Positions 54,766 through 64,000 of a stretch of 64,000 nucleotides of DNA are shown in pieces. The position numbers and the translations under genes are program-made. How positions within the stretch are numbered: the first letter of the stretch is position 1; the number at the start of each line of letters is the position of its first letter. Where the stretch lies: NCBI RefSeq assembly GCF_000142905.1, contig NW_013657665.1:374039-438038 (forward strand), given 5' to 3'. Under the pieces are notes generated by a model. That model worked only from the letters and a program-made list of their open reading frames with translations. It was not told where the DNA came from and did not search any database. Origin of the DNA: Thecamonas trahens ATCC 50062 (lineage: Eukaryota; Protista; Apusomonadida).

Positions 54766-56005
54766 GCGCGGGCCTGCTTCTTGCGCAGAATGGCGAGGGC
54801 CGAGATGACAGCAGCGCGCTTGGCAGTGCGCTTCGAAGTGTCGACAGCCATGGCCACGTACTTGTCGTCGACAAAGACCTTGACCTTGGTGGCACCCGAC
54901 TCGGCGTCGCGCGAGTATTGAAAGCGAGGCGGAGCCTTGGTTGTCGAGATGACCAAGTTGTTGAGGAGGGTGACCGGGTCGACGTGCTCCGGCCGCTCGT
55001 ACAGCTCGTCAACCAGGAGCGGGAGCACCTTGTGCGAGACAAACTCGTTGGCCTTTTCCATGCCCGAGTCGACAAAGACAGCGCCCACAAAGGCCTCGAG
55101 GGTGTTGGCTTTGAGTTTGAGCAGGCCATGTTCACGATTGGTGTTGGCGGCAAGCGCCTCGGCAGCTGAGCCGCCGTCGTCGTCGGCGGTGGCGGGCGCA
55201 CCAAGAAACGACGGCGCGACAAGCATGAGATCGGTGAGCGACAGTGCATCCGCCGCCGATGCCAGCACCTCGTTGGAGCGCATAAAGTTGCGGAACTGGG
55301 TGATGGTGCCTGCAGGCGCATGCGGCGCGAAAAAGTACAGATACGACGAGAGCATGAGGTCGAGGACCGAGTCGCCCAGAGCCTCCAGTCGGCGGTTGGA
55401 GAGCCGGCGGACGTTGCGCGGGTAGGCCGTGAGCGGCGCGAGATACGACTGGTGGACAAAGGCCTGTGTCGCAACCTTGCCGTCGCCAAACTCGACGCCC
55501 AGCTCACGGCAGAGCTCAATGCGCCGCGCGTGGAAGCCCGGAGGGAGGACCACCTGATCGGCCTCCCACTGCGCCAGCTGCCACGGGCGCTTCACCGGCC
55601 GCCACGGCTCCTTGAGGAGGACAGGCACCGTATCAAAGAGCTCGGCATTTCTCAGCGGCTTGTCATCTGCGCACCACGCCCATGCAGCGCCACACCCAAG
55701 ACCCATCGCGGTGTCTGGTAGTGAGTCTCTGTGCCTTTCGCCATGCCGGCGGGGCGAACCGCGACCCTTTCGGCTTTGGTCGGATCATCCCACGAAGAGG
55801 GTGAACGGGATAAGGAGGGGGGGGGGGAGGGGAGGGGAAGCGGGAGTGAGCGGCGCACTTGCTTACCTTCGTGTTTGGCGAGGTACTGTTCTTGCAAGTC
55901 GAGCTGGTCGTCGGTGTGGTTGGGGAGGTGGGGCGCGGCTATGGTGGAGAGCATCGCCATGCCTCGCTGGCTGCCACACAGTGCGGCGCGGGCAAACCTC
56001 AGCAT
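54762..56005 (-). CDS. Mitochondrial-targeted RNase III + dsRBD protein; intron 55715-55866
   Basis: Presequence MLRFARAALCGSQRGMAMLST; QAFVHQSY; NRRLEALGDSVL; ANTLEAFVGAVFVDSG; dsRBD DPVTLLN...SKRTAKRAA. Confidence 0.85.
55715..55866 (-). other. Spliceosomal intron (RNase III gene)
   Basis: G|gtaagc ... actcac taccag|AC ACC GCG ATG, phase 1. Confidence 0.85.
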
Positions 56006-56043
56006 TGGACGACAAGTGGTGGCATGCAGTTGTTCATGTTCTC

Positions 56044-59000
56044 TCACGGACGCCAAGATGACGAGCCGGCGCGCGAGAGCGCCGAGGTCGTGGGCGATGC
56101 GAGGCTGGACGAAGACGGCGACCTGGAGGCGTGCTTCTTGGCATCGCGCTTGAGTGCCGACGCGCGCATCCGCGCCAGCCACGCTGTTGATGCACGCTTG
56201 ACAAGCCCGCGAGTCTGGACAACGCTGGCGAGCGGGGCTGGGCGCGAGTCGGGCGTGTGGCGCGTCGTCGGTGGCGGGTTGGACTTGGGCGGGGGAGTAG
56301 ATTGCGCCAGCGAAGGCATGGATGGGGCCTCGATCAACGAGCTGGTTGTGGCCGTCAGCGTCGCGTTCGAGAGCGAGATCGAATTGTAGAGACCTGGTGA
56401 CGAGAGACCTGCATCCTCGCGGGCCTGGGCGGTTACTGCGGCCTTGAGGGTCTTGATCAGCTTGCGCTGCTGGGCGATGCGGGCTTGTGCGGCCTGATAT
56501 GAGGTACGGAGCTCGGCGTGCTCAGCATTGGTCACTGACTGCGTACGGTAGTCCCGGAGCGTCTCTTCCAGCGCGTCGATCCACTGCTGCAGGACGCCTG
56601 CTTGTTCGCGGATCCACAGATGCTGCCGTTGCAGCGCCTGCAGCTGACGAAAGTCAAGGCCGTCGAGCACCAGGTCGCGCGGGAGCGAGATGACCGGCGA
56701 TGCAGCGGCAGCGGTAAAGGTCGCCACCTCACGGATGGTGTCCTGCAGGCTGACGGTGTCGTGCGACATGGCGCGGAGCTCGGACGAAACGTTGGCCAGC
56801 AGCTCTTCCACTCGCTTGTTCTCGCTTGAAATCTCCTGCAGCTCGGTAGCCATGACCGAAAACATCGGTGACGGCGTCGGCTGTCGCGAGTTGATCATCG
56901 AGAGCGCCATCGAGACCGACTCGTTGAGCAGCGACTGGCGGAGTTCGGCGACCGAGTGGGACCGCATGCCAGCCGGCGAGACAAGAGCCGATGCGAGCGA
57001 TGACGTCGCAAAGCGAGAGCCTAGTTGGGACGGAGGACCATGTGTCACCAGCGCGGATGTACTTGCGGTCTCGAACGCCAGAGTCTTGGCCGCCTTAGCT
57101 TCTTTGGCCGCCTGCATTGCAGCCGCGACTGCCGCCGGATCTTCAAACGTGCGTAGCGCAAGGAGCTCAGTGGCGATGGCGTGAAGAACAATGGGTTGGG
57201 GGATACCTTTGAGCTCGTGCTTGCCAAGTTCCGAGACTACGACCGAGGAGAGGAACTCGGGTGCGAGCTGGTCCAGGAGTGCATTCGAGACGACAACCTG
57301 TCCACCCTGCGCCACCGACTCGACTCTTGCCGCGAGATTGACCATTGGCCCAAAGTAGTCCATGCGCTTGGTGATCGGGTCGGGCGCATCCATCGGCTCA
57401 CCGTAGTGGATGCCAATGCGGACCCGTAGGCCGCGGTAGATGACCCGTTCAATGCCGTCGTCGTCGGCCATCTCGACCGCCGACGCAGGATTCTCCAGCA
57501 GCTCGGGCGGCCAGTCGACCTCAAGCAGCTGCTCTTGGATGGCAAGCGCGGCCGCGACCGCGCAACGCGGCGACGAAAACGCGACCATGAACGCATCGCC
57601 CTCGGTCTTGACCTCGTACCCGCCAAACGACGCCAGAACTGACCGAATGAGCGCGTTGTGGAGGGTGAGCGCCTCGGACATGACCTGCGGGTTTGCGGCC
57701 CACTGCTTGGTCGACGACAGCACGTCGGTGAACATGAGCGCCACCGAGCCGGTTGGCGCCGGTTCGGTCGAGAGGCGCGCTGCCCGCGACTCTTCTTGGG
57801 CAAAGTGGAGCTGGGCGGTGAGGCGAGCAATGACTAGCTCGGTTGTCTGCGCTCGGCTTGCGGCAGCCTTGAGCGCGTCTGACAGTTTGGCTTGCATCAC
57901 AAGCAGCTCGTCGATGCGAGCCTGCGCGGCTGCAACCGCCTCCTGCGACGCTGCCGACGACCGCTCCTCGACAGTGCCGTCTGACGCAGTATCAGTGGGC
58001 TCATTGTCATCCTCCTCGTTGTTAGCGCCAGCGCCAGCACTAGCACTAGCGCCAGCGGCTGCGGCTGCGGCGGCCGAAGCTGCTGCCGTCGCAATGGTTG
58101 CAGTCGTCGCGGTCCGCACCACGCGGAGCTCGGCCTCCAGCTCGGCGTTCCGCTCGTTGATGGCTGTGGCTGTGGCATGAGCATCGGCCAGCTCGTCGAT
58201 GAGCGCGGTGCTTGCAGGAAGCAACGAGTCACGGACAAAGGCTAGCGACGAGACCCGGCGCGACCGAGCGGCGGCGAGCGCGTTAAGGACGGAACGCGAG
58301 GTCGGAGCGTTGTTAGAGGCGGCATCAGCGCGGGAGTTGGCGCCCGGGAAAAGCATCTTGAGCGAGTCTTCGAACGAGGTGTGGAGCCCACTGACGTCGA
58401 GCTTCGGGGTGGCCACCCCGGATGACGCGGTGAGGTCCAGCTCGTCGAGCTTGTCGGACGGCACTGCCGCACGGAGTGTCTTGACCTGCGTGGTCAATCG
58501 GGCGTTGATCAGCGCCAGCGTCTCGTTGCGCGAGCGGAGCGGCTCGACCTGGGCCTGGGCCAGAGCCAGCTCGTCCTCGACAGTGGCAACGACGGCATGC
58601 TGGTCGGCAAGCGCTTTGGAGAGCGCATCGATACGGGCGAGCGCGGCATCGCGCTCCGCAAGCGCGGCATCGCGGTCAGCGTCGGTCGCATCGTGGTCCT
58701 TGCGGAGCCGGAAGCACTCTTTGCGGGCCAGCTCGGAGGTCTCGCGCTCGTCGGCGAGTGCTGCTTGCAGGCCGGTAATGTCGGCGAGCAGGCTGTGCGA
58801 GGTCTCGTCGCCGGCAAACTTCTCGGCGCGCAGCGCGGCCAGCGCAGCCTGAGCTTGCACCCGCTGCTTGGTCTCATCGGCGAGCTGGCGTGCAAGATGC
58901 GCCGAGTTCTCCGCCGAGAGCGCAACGTCTGCGGTCCCAGCCTCGGCAGCCAGCTTGTACTGCTGGATGCGGTGGGTGAAGGCCGCGATAGCCTTGTTAT

Positions 59001-59238
59001 GAGCCTCAACCAGAGCGCGGCTCTCCGCATGGACCTTGGCCAGTGCTGCTAGCCGTGATCGACAGACAGTGCGGCAGGTAGACACCACCGACCTCGCCTG
59101 CGCCGCTGCCAAGTCGGCCGCCGACCAGGCCAGCGAGGCCACAGACTGAGCGTGGGCAAGTCTGGCAAGCAGCTCCTCCTTCTCCCGTCGCAGCGACGCT
59201 GCTTGGTGGCTATGAGCAGAGCCGCCTTTGTCCCGCAT
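56044..59238 (-). CDS. Soluble class III adenylyl cyclase flanked by coiled coils
   Basis: LMFTDVLSST, YEVKTEGDAFM, GLRVRIGIHYG, MDYFGPMVNLAARVES. The ATP-specifying K and D are present. No TM segments seen. Confidence 0.9.
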   Translation of the reverse strand: MRDKGGSAHSHQAASLRREKEELLARLAHAQSVASLAWSAADLAAAQARSVVSTCRTVCRSRLAALAKVHAESRALVEAHNKAIAAFTHRIQQYKLAAEAGTADVALSAENSAHLARQLADETKQRVQAQAALAALRAEKFAGDETSHSLLADITGLQAALADERETSELARKECFRLRKDHDATDADRDAALAERDAALARIDALSKALADQHAVVATVEDELALAQAQVEPLRSRNETLALINARLTTQVKTLRAAVPSDKLDELDLTASSGVATPKLDVSGLHTSFEDSLKMLFPGANSRADAASNNAPTSRSVLNALAAARSRRVSSLAFVRDSLLPASTALIDELADAHATATAINERNAELEAELRVVRTATTATIATAAASAAAAAAAGASASAGAGANNEEDDNEPTDTASDGTVEERSSAASQEAVAAAQARIDELLVMQAKLSDALKAAASRAQTTELVIARLTAQLHFAQEESRAARLSTEPAPTGSVALMFTDVLSSTKQWAANPQVMSEALTLHNALIRSVLASFGGYEVKTEGDAFMVAFSSPRCAVAAALAIQEQLLEVDWPPELLENPASAVEMADDDGIERVIYRGLRVRIGIHYGEPMDAPDPITKRMDYFGPMVNLAARVESVAQGGQVVVSNALLDQLAPEFLSSVVVSELGKHELKGIPQPIVLHAIATELLALRTFEDPAAVAAAMQAAKEAKAAKTLAFETASTSALVTHGPPSQLGSRFATSSLASALVSPAGMRSHSVAELRQSLLNESVSMALSMINSRQPTPSPMFSVMATELQEISSENKRVEELLANVSSELRAMSHDTVSLQDTIREVATFTAAAASPVISLPRDLVLDGLDFRQLQALQRQHLWIREQAGVLQQWIDALEETLRDYRTQSVTNAEHAELRTSYQAAQARIAQQRKLIKTLKAAVTAQAREDAGLSSPGLYNSISLSNATLTATTSSLIEAPSMPSLAQSTPPPKSNPPPTTRHTPDSRPAPLASVVQTRGLVKRASTAWLARMRASALKRDAKKHASRSPSSSSLASPTTSALSRAGSSSWRP

Positions 59239-59926
59239 GCGAGGTGCCGTGCCGTGTGACGAGTGTGAGAGGGGGGGTACTTGTCGGAGGGAGCTGGCGA
59301 ACAGCGTCACCCCCCCCCCCCCCCCCCCCCCTTCTCTCTTCCTGCCCCTTTGTTCGTTCGTCGGTGTCTTTGGCGGGCTCGTTTGCGCCAAAACTCGCTC
59401 GCCGCCCTGCCCACTAGCACAGGCACCAACTACGAGGTGTGCAGCAGCTCTTTGTCCTGCACATGTACTCCTTGTCCGTATGTAGGTACATAGCTTTCAT
59501 ACGCATCTGAGCTTGCTGTGATCGCCTATGTATCGAGGAAAGACAAGGGGTGGCCGGCGGGCGGACAGGCTTTGATCGGCTAGCCTGGGGCCCAGACCTC
59601 CCGCACTCCCGGGACGCAGGGGCGGGGGGGGGGGGGNNNNNNNNNNNNNNNNNNNNNNNNNNNNNNNNNNNNNNNNNNNNNNNNNNNNNNNNNNNNNNNN
59701 NNNNNNNNNNNNNNNNNNNNNNNNNNNNNNNNNNNNNNNNNNNNNNNNNNNNNNNNNNNNNNNNNNNNNNNNNNNNGTTCATGCGCGCGCGCGCGCGCGC
59801 GCGCGGCGGGGCGGAGGGGGGGGGGGAGGGCGCGCAGCGTGGCACCACCCGACTCTGCAGCGAGAAGGAGAGGGAGGTATGTCCGAGGCCTCACTAGGAA
59901 GCGGGTATGCTGGAGACTACAGCGAC

Positions 59927-62900
59927 ATGACCGACTTGCTCGCCCCGTTCTCCCTCGACGGCGGCAGCAGAGCGCGCGATCACTCGGCGAGCTCGAGGGG
60001 GAGCAGGCAGCTGTCACGCGGGTCGTCGGACGGAAGCGCCGCGAGTGCTGCGAGTGCTACAAGTGAAGGCGGGCACAAGCTTGGCTCCAAGCGTACAGTG
60101 CGCGACGGACGTAAGCGGGCTGGTCTTACCCGCTCGCGGTCGGTCGCCGTGCCTGAGCGAAAGTCAGTGGTGGCTGGGCGTGGGCGCGGGCGCGGGCGCG
60201 GACGTGGCTCGCGGCGTGGTGGGCGCGGTGGCGCAGCTCGTCGGCTCAAATCGGTGGGCCTGGGCGAGCGGGCGGCGTCAACTCCTATCGTTGACTCTCT
60301 TGTAGCATCCGAGCTGGAGCAGCCGTCATCGCCGCGGGCGCTGGCAAAGTCGAAGCACCGGAGCTCTACATACAAGCGACAGATGTCCAAAGAGTACGAA
60401 GACGAGATCAGCCGCGCCATTGCCAAGGCTGGCGCCAGCAGCACCAACCACGATGGCCACATTGACCCATCGGCGGTTGTAGTAGACACGCTTCGTCGCG
60501 ACAAAGCCATCCTCTCGCGACAGCTCAAGGGCGCGCGTCAAGAGGCAGCGGCCGCAGCAGCCGCGGCTGCTGCGGCCGCCGACGAGGACCAGGCGACCAT
60601 TGCCCGACTGCAACGCGAAGTTCATGACCTGCAGTCGTCACTTCTCACTATGCGGACTACCATCTACGCCCGGTCGCACTACTACCGCCAACTCTGCACC
60701 ACCGACGAGGAGCGGGCCGAGCTGGTGACGATGGAGTCCAACTCGCTGGCCGAGATCGAAGCGTGGAAAAGCGCGCTGGAAGCGCAGTACGCGTCGGACC
60801 GCAATTCGGCGGCCCACCGAGTGGCCAAGCTCAAGGCGGGCCTTGCTGCTGCACTTTCAGACAAGAAGGAGCTGGTGGCACAGCTGGAGGATGCGCGGGC
60901 CGAGCTGGCCAAGCGCGAAGACTCGCACCTGTTCCTGGAGCTCAAGGCCCACAAGGATACCAAGCGCAAGCTCTGCATCACCATTGAGATGCTCCGCGAG
61001 AAGCTGACTCACATTAGGACGACGTCGCCGGCTCCGACTCGAGAGCTCAACGCAGCGCACAAGCGCATTGCCGAGCTGCAGGCCATCCTCAAGGACAAAT
61101 CGCGCGAGTCGTTCTCGCTTTCGCAAGAGTTCACCAAGCGCTCCGTCTCGCGCGAGGCCTCCATCCGCGCCGATGTCGAGCTCAAGCTCAAACCGCAGCT
61201 TGAGGCTATTGAGGCGCGACACGCTGCGCAGGTGGCAGACCTCCGCGAACAACTCGCCGACGCGGCCAAGGCCCAAAACGCGTCCCGCGACGAGCTCGCT
61301 GCGCTTGAGGCCTCACTCGAGCGGTCCAAGGCTGCACTTGCAGACAAGTCGAACGCCCTCGCCGACATGGAGGCCGCGGCGGCGGCTGCTGCTGCGGCCG
61401 CCGCCGCCGACAAGGCCACCATTGCCCAGCTACAGGCAGACAAGGACGAGCTGGCATTCCTGCTCAAGGAGTCGGCGGAAGCCACGCGGGCAGAGGCTTC
61501 GGGCCACGTCCAGGCCAGTGAGCGTGCTCAATCTGCGGCAGCCCGCTTGGCCGAGCTCGAGGCTGAGCTCGCGGCAGCACGGGCTGACCGCGACAAGATT
61601 CGAGCTGCAGCCGAGACGCTGCAGGCCAACAACGACACGCTCGGCACGTATTGCAAGCAGCTACTGGCTGAAGCTCAGGCAGCGCGCGACGCGGAAGCTC
61701 TGGCGAAGCGCGAGGCGGCGGCGGCGGGCGCGGCGGCGGCGGGCACGCTCTTGACGCCAACGTCGACACCGGCAGGCACGCCGGCCAAGTCGCCCGTGGT
61801 CGCTGCGCTCGCTGCTGAGGGCCGCCGCCGCTCGCGGTCTGGCTCACTGTCTGACTCGGACGCGACCGCGCTTCGGATGGCACGGCTGCAGGGCAAGGTG
61901 TCGGCGATGCAGACTTCGCTTGCTGCGGCAAGTGTTGCACGCGAGGCCGCCGCCCGCTATGATACGCTCTTTGTTGAGGTCTCGCGCGACCTCCGCGCTG
62001 CATCGTCGGCGCTGCATAGTGCCGATCCTCACGCAGCGCGCACTGCGCTCGATGCCGCCACCAAGTCGATGAGCGACTTTACTGCCGAGACCCAGCTGCC
62101 GCCATCACCAGACAAGGTTGTGGCGCGCGCACAAACTCGAGTGGACAACGAGCAGGCCCGACTCATCGACGCGCTCGCACAGTTGAAGCTGCTTGCAGTC
62201 TCGTCGCGCTCATCTTCGCGCGCATCATCGCCTGTTCCGTCAGCCGACATCGAACACGGCGAGAGTGGCACCGAGTCGCTGGCCATGCCAACGTCTGAGT
62301 TGGAAAGACTGCGGAGCGAACTGGACGCCGCTCGGGCAGGCAACGCTCGCCTGGAGGCGCAGGTCGAGGTGCTCTCGGCTAACATGGACCTTGCACACTT
62401 TGCCGACGCCCACGCTTCGGCCGAGGCGGCGGCCGCCTCGGCAAAGGGCATCATGACCAGCGCTGGCGCCGACGATGAAGCCTTGCTTCGCGTCCGCGCC
62501 CTTCAGGCGCAGGTCAAACGCCTCGAGTCTGTCGTCTCCATTGCAGCTGCACTCGTGGGTCATGAGGTTCTTGGCTCAGCAGCCGACGCTAGCGAGGTCA
62601 AGGATACTGGCGGCTATAATGCTAGCTCTGCTTCAGGCTCGGACTCGTCATCGGACGACGGCAGTCGCGACACTCCACTAGACGCGCTGGCGGAGCGATT
62701 GGGGCCGCAGCTAGAGCGCCTGGCCGAGGCCGCGTATCAGGCGTTCGAGTCCGAAGCAGTGGCTCAGCTGGAGACCGCGCTGGAAGCACGCCAGCGCGAG
62801 TTGCACACGCTACTTGTGGAGCGCGGCGAGCTCGAGCTTGCAGAGGCTACCTCGGCGCGCGACGTGGCCGAAGTCGCGCTCATCCACGCCTCTGCCCACA

Positions 62901-64000
62901 ACGCAAGCTTGCAGGGGCAAGTCGAGGGCCTGTACGCTACGTTTGGATTTATGGAGCTCCTCAACTTGTCGTCCCGGGTTGAGGCCGCGCGTGCGCTGGG
63001 CGTCGATGCGCTGATGAGTCGACTGGAGAGCGGCGAGACGTCTGCGGCACAGAGCGAGCTTGCCAAAGAGCTGTCGGAGCTCAAGAGTGGGGTGAAGCTG
63101 GCAACGTACGTGGCGCAGCAGCAAGATGCAGTGCACGCGGCCCAGGCGAAACTTGTCGCCGTGGTGTCCAAGCTTGAGGCTGAAAGTCCAGATGTTCTCT
63201 CTGATGAGCTCCGTTTGGAGCTTGCTGAAGCGCTGGACGTGCCTGCGCCACCAGCTGCCCTGCCTTCTGTGGCGGCTATGGCGAAGCGAGCAGCGCCCAT
63301 GCTGGATGCCGAAGTGGACGAGTTGAATGCGCTGCGTGAGTCTTCGGGGCGGGTTCGGGCTGGGGTCGAGCAGCTGGTTGACCACCTTGAAGCTGAGCTC
63401 CTGGGCCCGCAAGCGCGTGGTGCGCTCGACGAGCTTGTGGTGCTAACCGGCCTCTCACCGCTTGAAGGCCGCTCGTTGGCGGGCAGGCGGCTGACACGGG
63501 AGCGGTCTGCGTCATTTACCACCGAGGATCCTCACCTGGAGATTGCGGTGCTACGTCGTCAGCTGGCGTCGACCAAGGCACAGCTCGAGGGTGCACGGAG
63601 CATGGTCTCGCTGGGACGGTTTGCCGCCATTGAGCTCGACAAGATGGAGCACCGGGCACCGATTTCTGTGTCTGAGCTGGCCAAGCTGCAGTCAGAGCAT
63701 GTGGCAATCAAGGAGCGCAACGCGGCGCTATTGAAGGCGCGCAAAACCCTCGAATCGAAGACGTCTGTGCTTGCAGAGAAGCTGCAGGTGACACAAGAGA
63801 TGCTTGCCGGATACCTGGGCACCGACGGCGCGTCAGGAGCCCGACAAGTCGAGGCCCGGCTCGACGAGCTGGCAGCGGAAAAGGTGGAGTTGGCGGGCCA
63901 GCTGGACGCGGCGACCAAGTCGCTCGAGGCGATGACGCTCAAGGCCGCTGAGGCCCAGATGGCGTTGGAGCAGGCTCAATCGAGCGAGGCAGTCGTGTCG
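59927..64000 (+). CDS. Large coiled-coil protein (>1350 aa, 3' end beyond window)
   Basis: The frame from ATG 59927 (MTDLLAPFSLDG) is still open and in register at 64000 (...ALEQAQSSEAVVS). It has A/E/L-rich heptads. It is absent from the ORF track because it has no stop codon. Confidence 0.8.
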   Translation, partial: MTDLLAPFSLDGGSRARDHSASSRGSRQLSRGSSDGSAASAASATSEGGHKLGSKRTVRDGRKRAGLTRSRSVAVPERKSVVAGRGRGRGRGRGSRRGGRGGAARRLKSVGLGERAASTPIVDSLVASELEQPSSPRALAKSKHRSSTYKRQMSKEYEDEISRAIAKAGASSTNHDGHIDPSAVVVDTLRRDKAILSRQLKGARQEAAAAAAAAAAAADEDQATIARLQREVHDLQSSLLTMRTTIYARSHYYRQLCTTDEERAELVTMESNSLAEIEAWKSALEAQYASDRNSAAHRVAKLKAGLAAALSDKKELVAQLEDARAELAKREDSHLFLELKAHKDTKRKLCITIEMLREKLTHIRTTSPAPTRELNAAHKRIAELQAILKDKSRESFSLSQEFTKRSVSREASIRADVELKLKPQLEAIEARHAAQVADLREQLADAAKAQNASRDELAALEASLERSKAALADKSNALADMEAAAAAAAAAAAADKATIAQLQADKDELAFLLKESAEATRAEASGHVQASERAQSAAARLAELEAELAAARADRDKIRAAAETLQANNDTLGTYCKQLLAEAQAARDAEALAKREAAAAGAAAAGTLLTPTSTPAGTPAKSPVVAALAAEGRRRSRSGSLSDSDATALRMARLQGKVSAMQTSLAAASVAREAAARYDTLFVEVSRDLRAASSALHSADPHAARTALDAATKSMSDFTAETQLPPSPDKVVARAQTRVDNEQARLIDALAQLKLLAVSSRSSSRASSPVPSADIEHGESGTESLAMPTSELERLRSELDAARAGNARLEAQVEVLSANMDLAHFADAHASAEAAAASAKGIMTSAGADDEALLRVRALQAQVKRLESVVSIAAALVGHEVLGSAADASEVKDTGGYNASSASGSDSSSDDGSRDTPLDALAERLGPQLERLAEAAYQAFESEAVAQLETALEARQRELHTLLVERGELELAEATSARDVAEVALIHASAHNASLQGQVEGLYATFGFMELLNLSSRVEAARALGVDALMSRLESGETSAAQSELAKELSELKSGVKLATYVAQQQDAVHAAQAKLVAVVSKLEAESPDVLSDELRLELAEALDVPAPPAALPSVAAMAKRAAPMLDAEVDELNALRESSGRVRAGVEQLVDHLEAELLGPQARGALDELVVLTGLSPLEGRSLAGRRLTRERSASFTTEDPHLEIAVLRRQLASTKAQLEGARSMVSLGRFAAIELDKMEHRAPISVSELAKLQSEHVAIKERNAALLKARKTLESKTSVLAEKLQVTQEMLAGYLGTDGASGARQVEARLDELAAEKVELAGQLDAATKSLEAMTLKAAEAQMALEQAQSSEAVVS

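Overview
Gene-dense, GC-rich, intron-poor eukaryotic nuclear DNA. The gene content, the GTACGN donors and the poly-G/C intergenic tracts suggest a unicellular protist, possibly an apusomonad such as Thecamonas; this is inference only. About 28 protein-coding genes lie in this order: GRIP-golgin 3' end; a ~2200-aa FG-GAP/beta-helix/Cys-rich multi-TM surface protein; a putative mitochondrial membrane protein; SAS6-like; NSRP1/CCDC55; USP20/33-type deubiquitinase; a coiled-coil protein; DCN1-like; an RBR E3 ligase; a Cys-repeat type I membrane protein; two convergent class I myosins; an SLC26 transporter; a kinase-NB-ARC-RWD-DUF1115 fusion; ATP synthase beta; an ER-type JmjC oxygenase; a tandem cytochrome b5; BMT5/DUF2431-like; SIVA-like; SRP9; a CaaX protein; a hypothetical protein; an ependymin-like secreted protein; a TM+ARM protein; an RRM protein; a mitochondrial RNase III-like protein; a soluble adenylyl cyclase; and a large coiled-coil protein running off the end. 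I mapped spliceosomal introns by hand, and all sit near gene 5' ends. Seven reading-frame breaks are each repaired by adding one base to a homopolymer, most likely sequencing error. There are seven N gaps. No tRNA, rRNA, CRISPR or transposon was recognised. The best novelty candidate is the NLR-like kinase-NB-ARC protein whose sensor position holds an RWDD2-type module. Domain calls come from motif recognition, not database searches.
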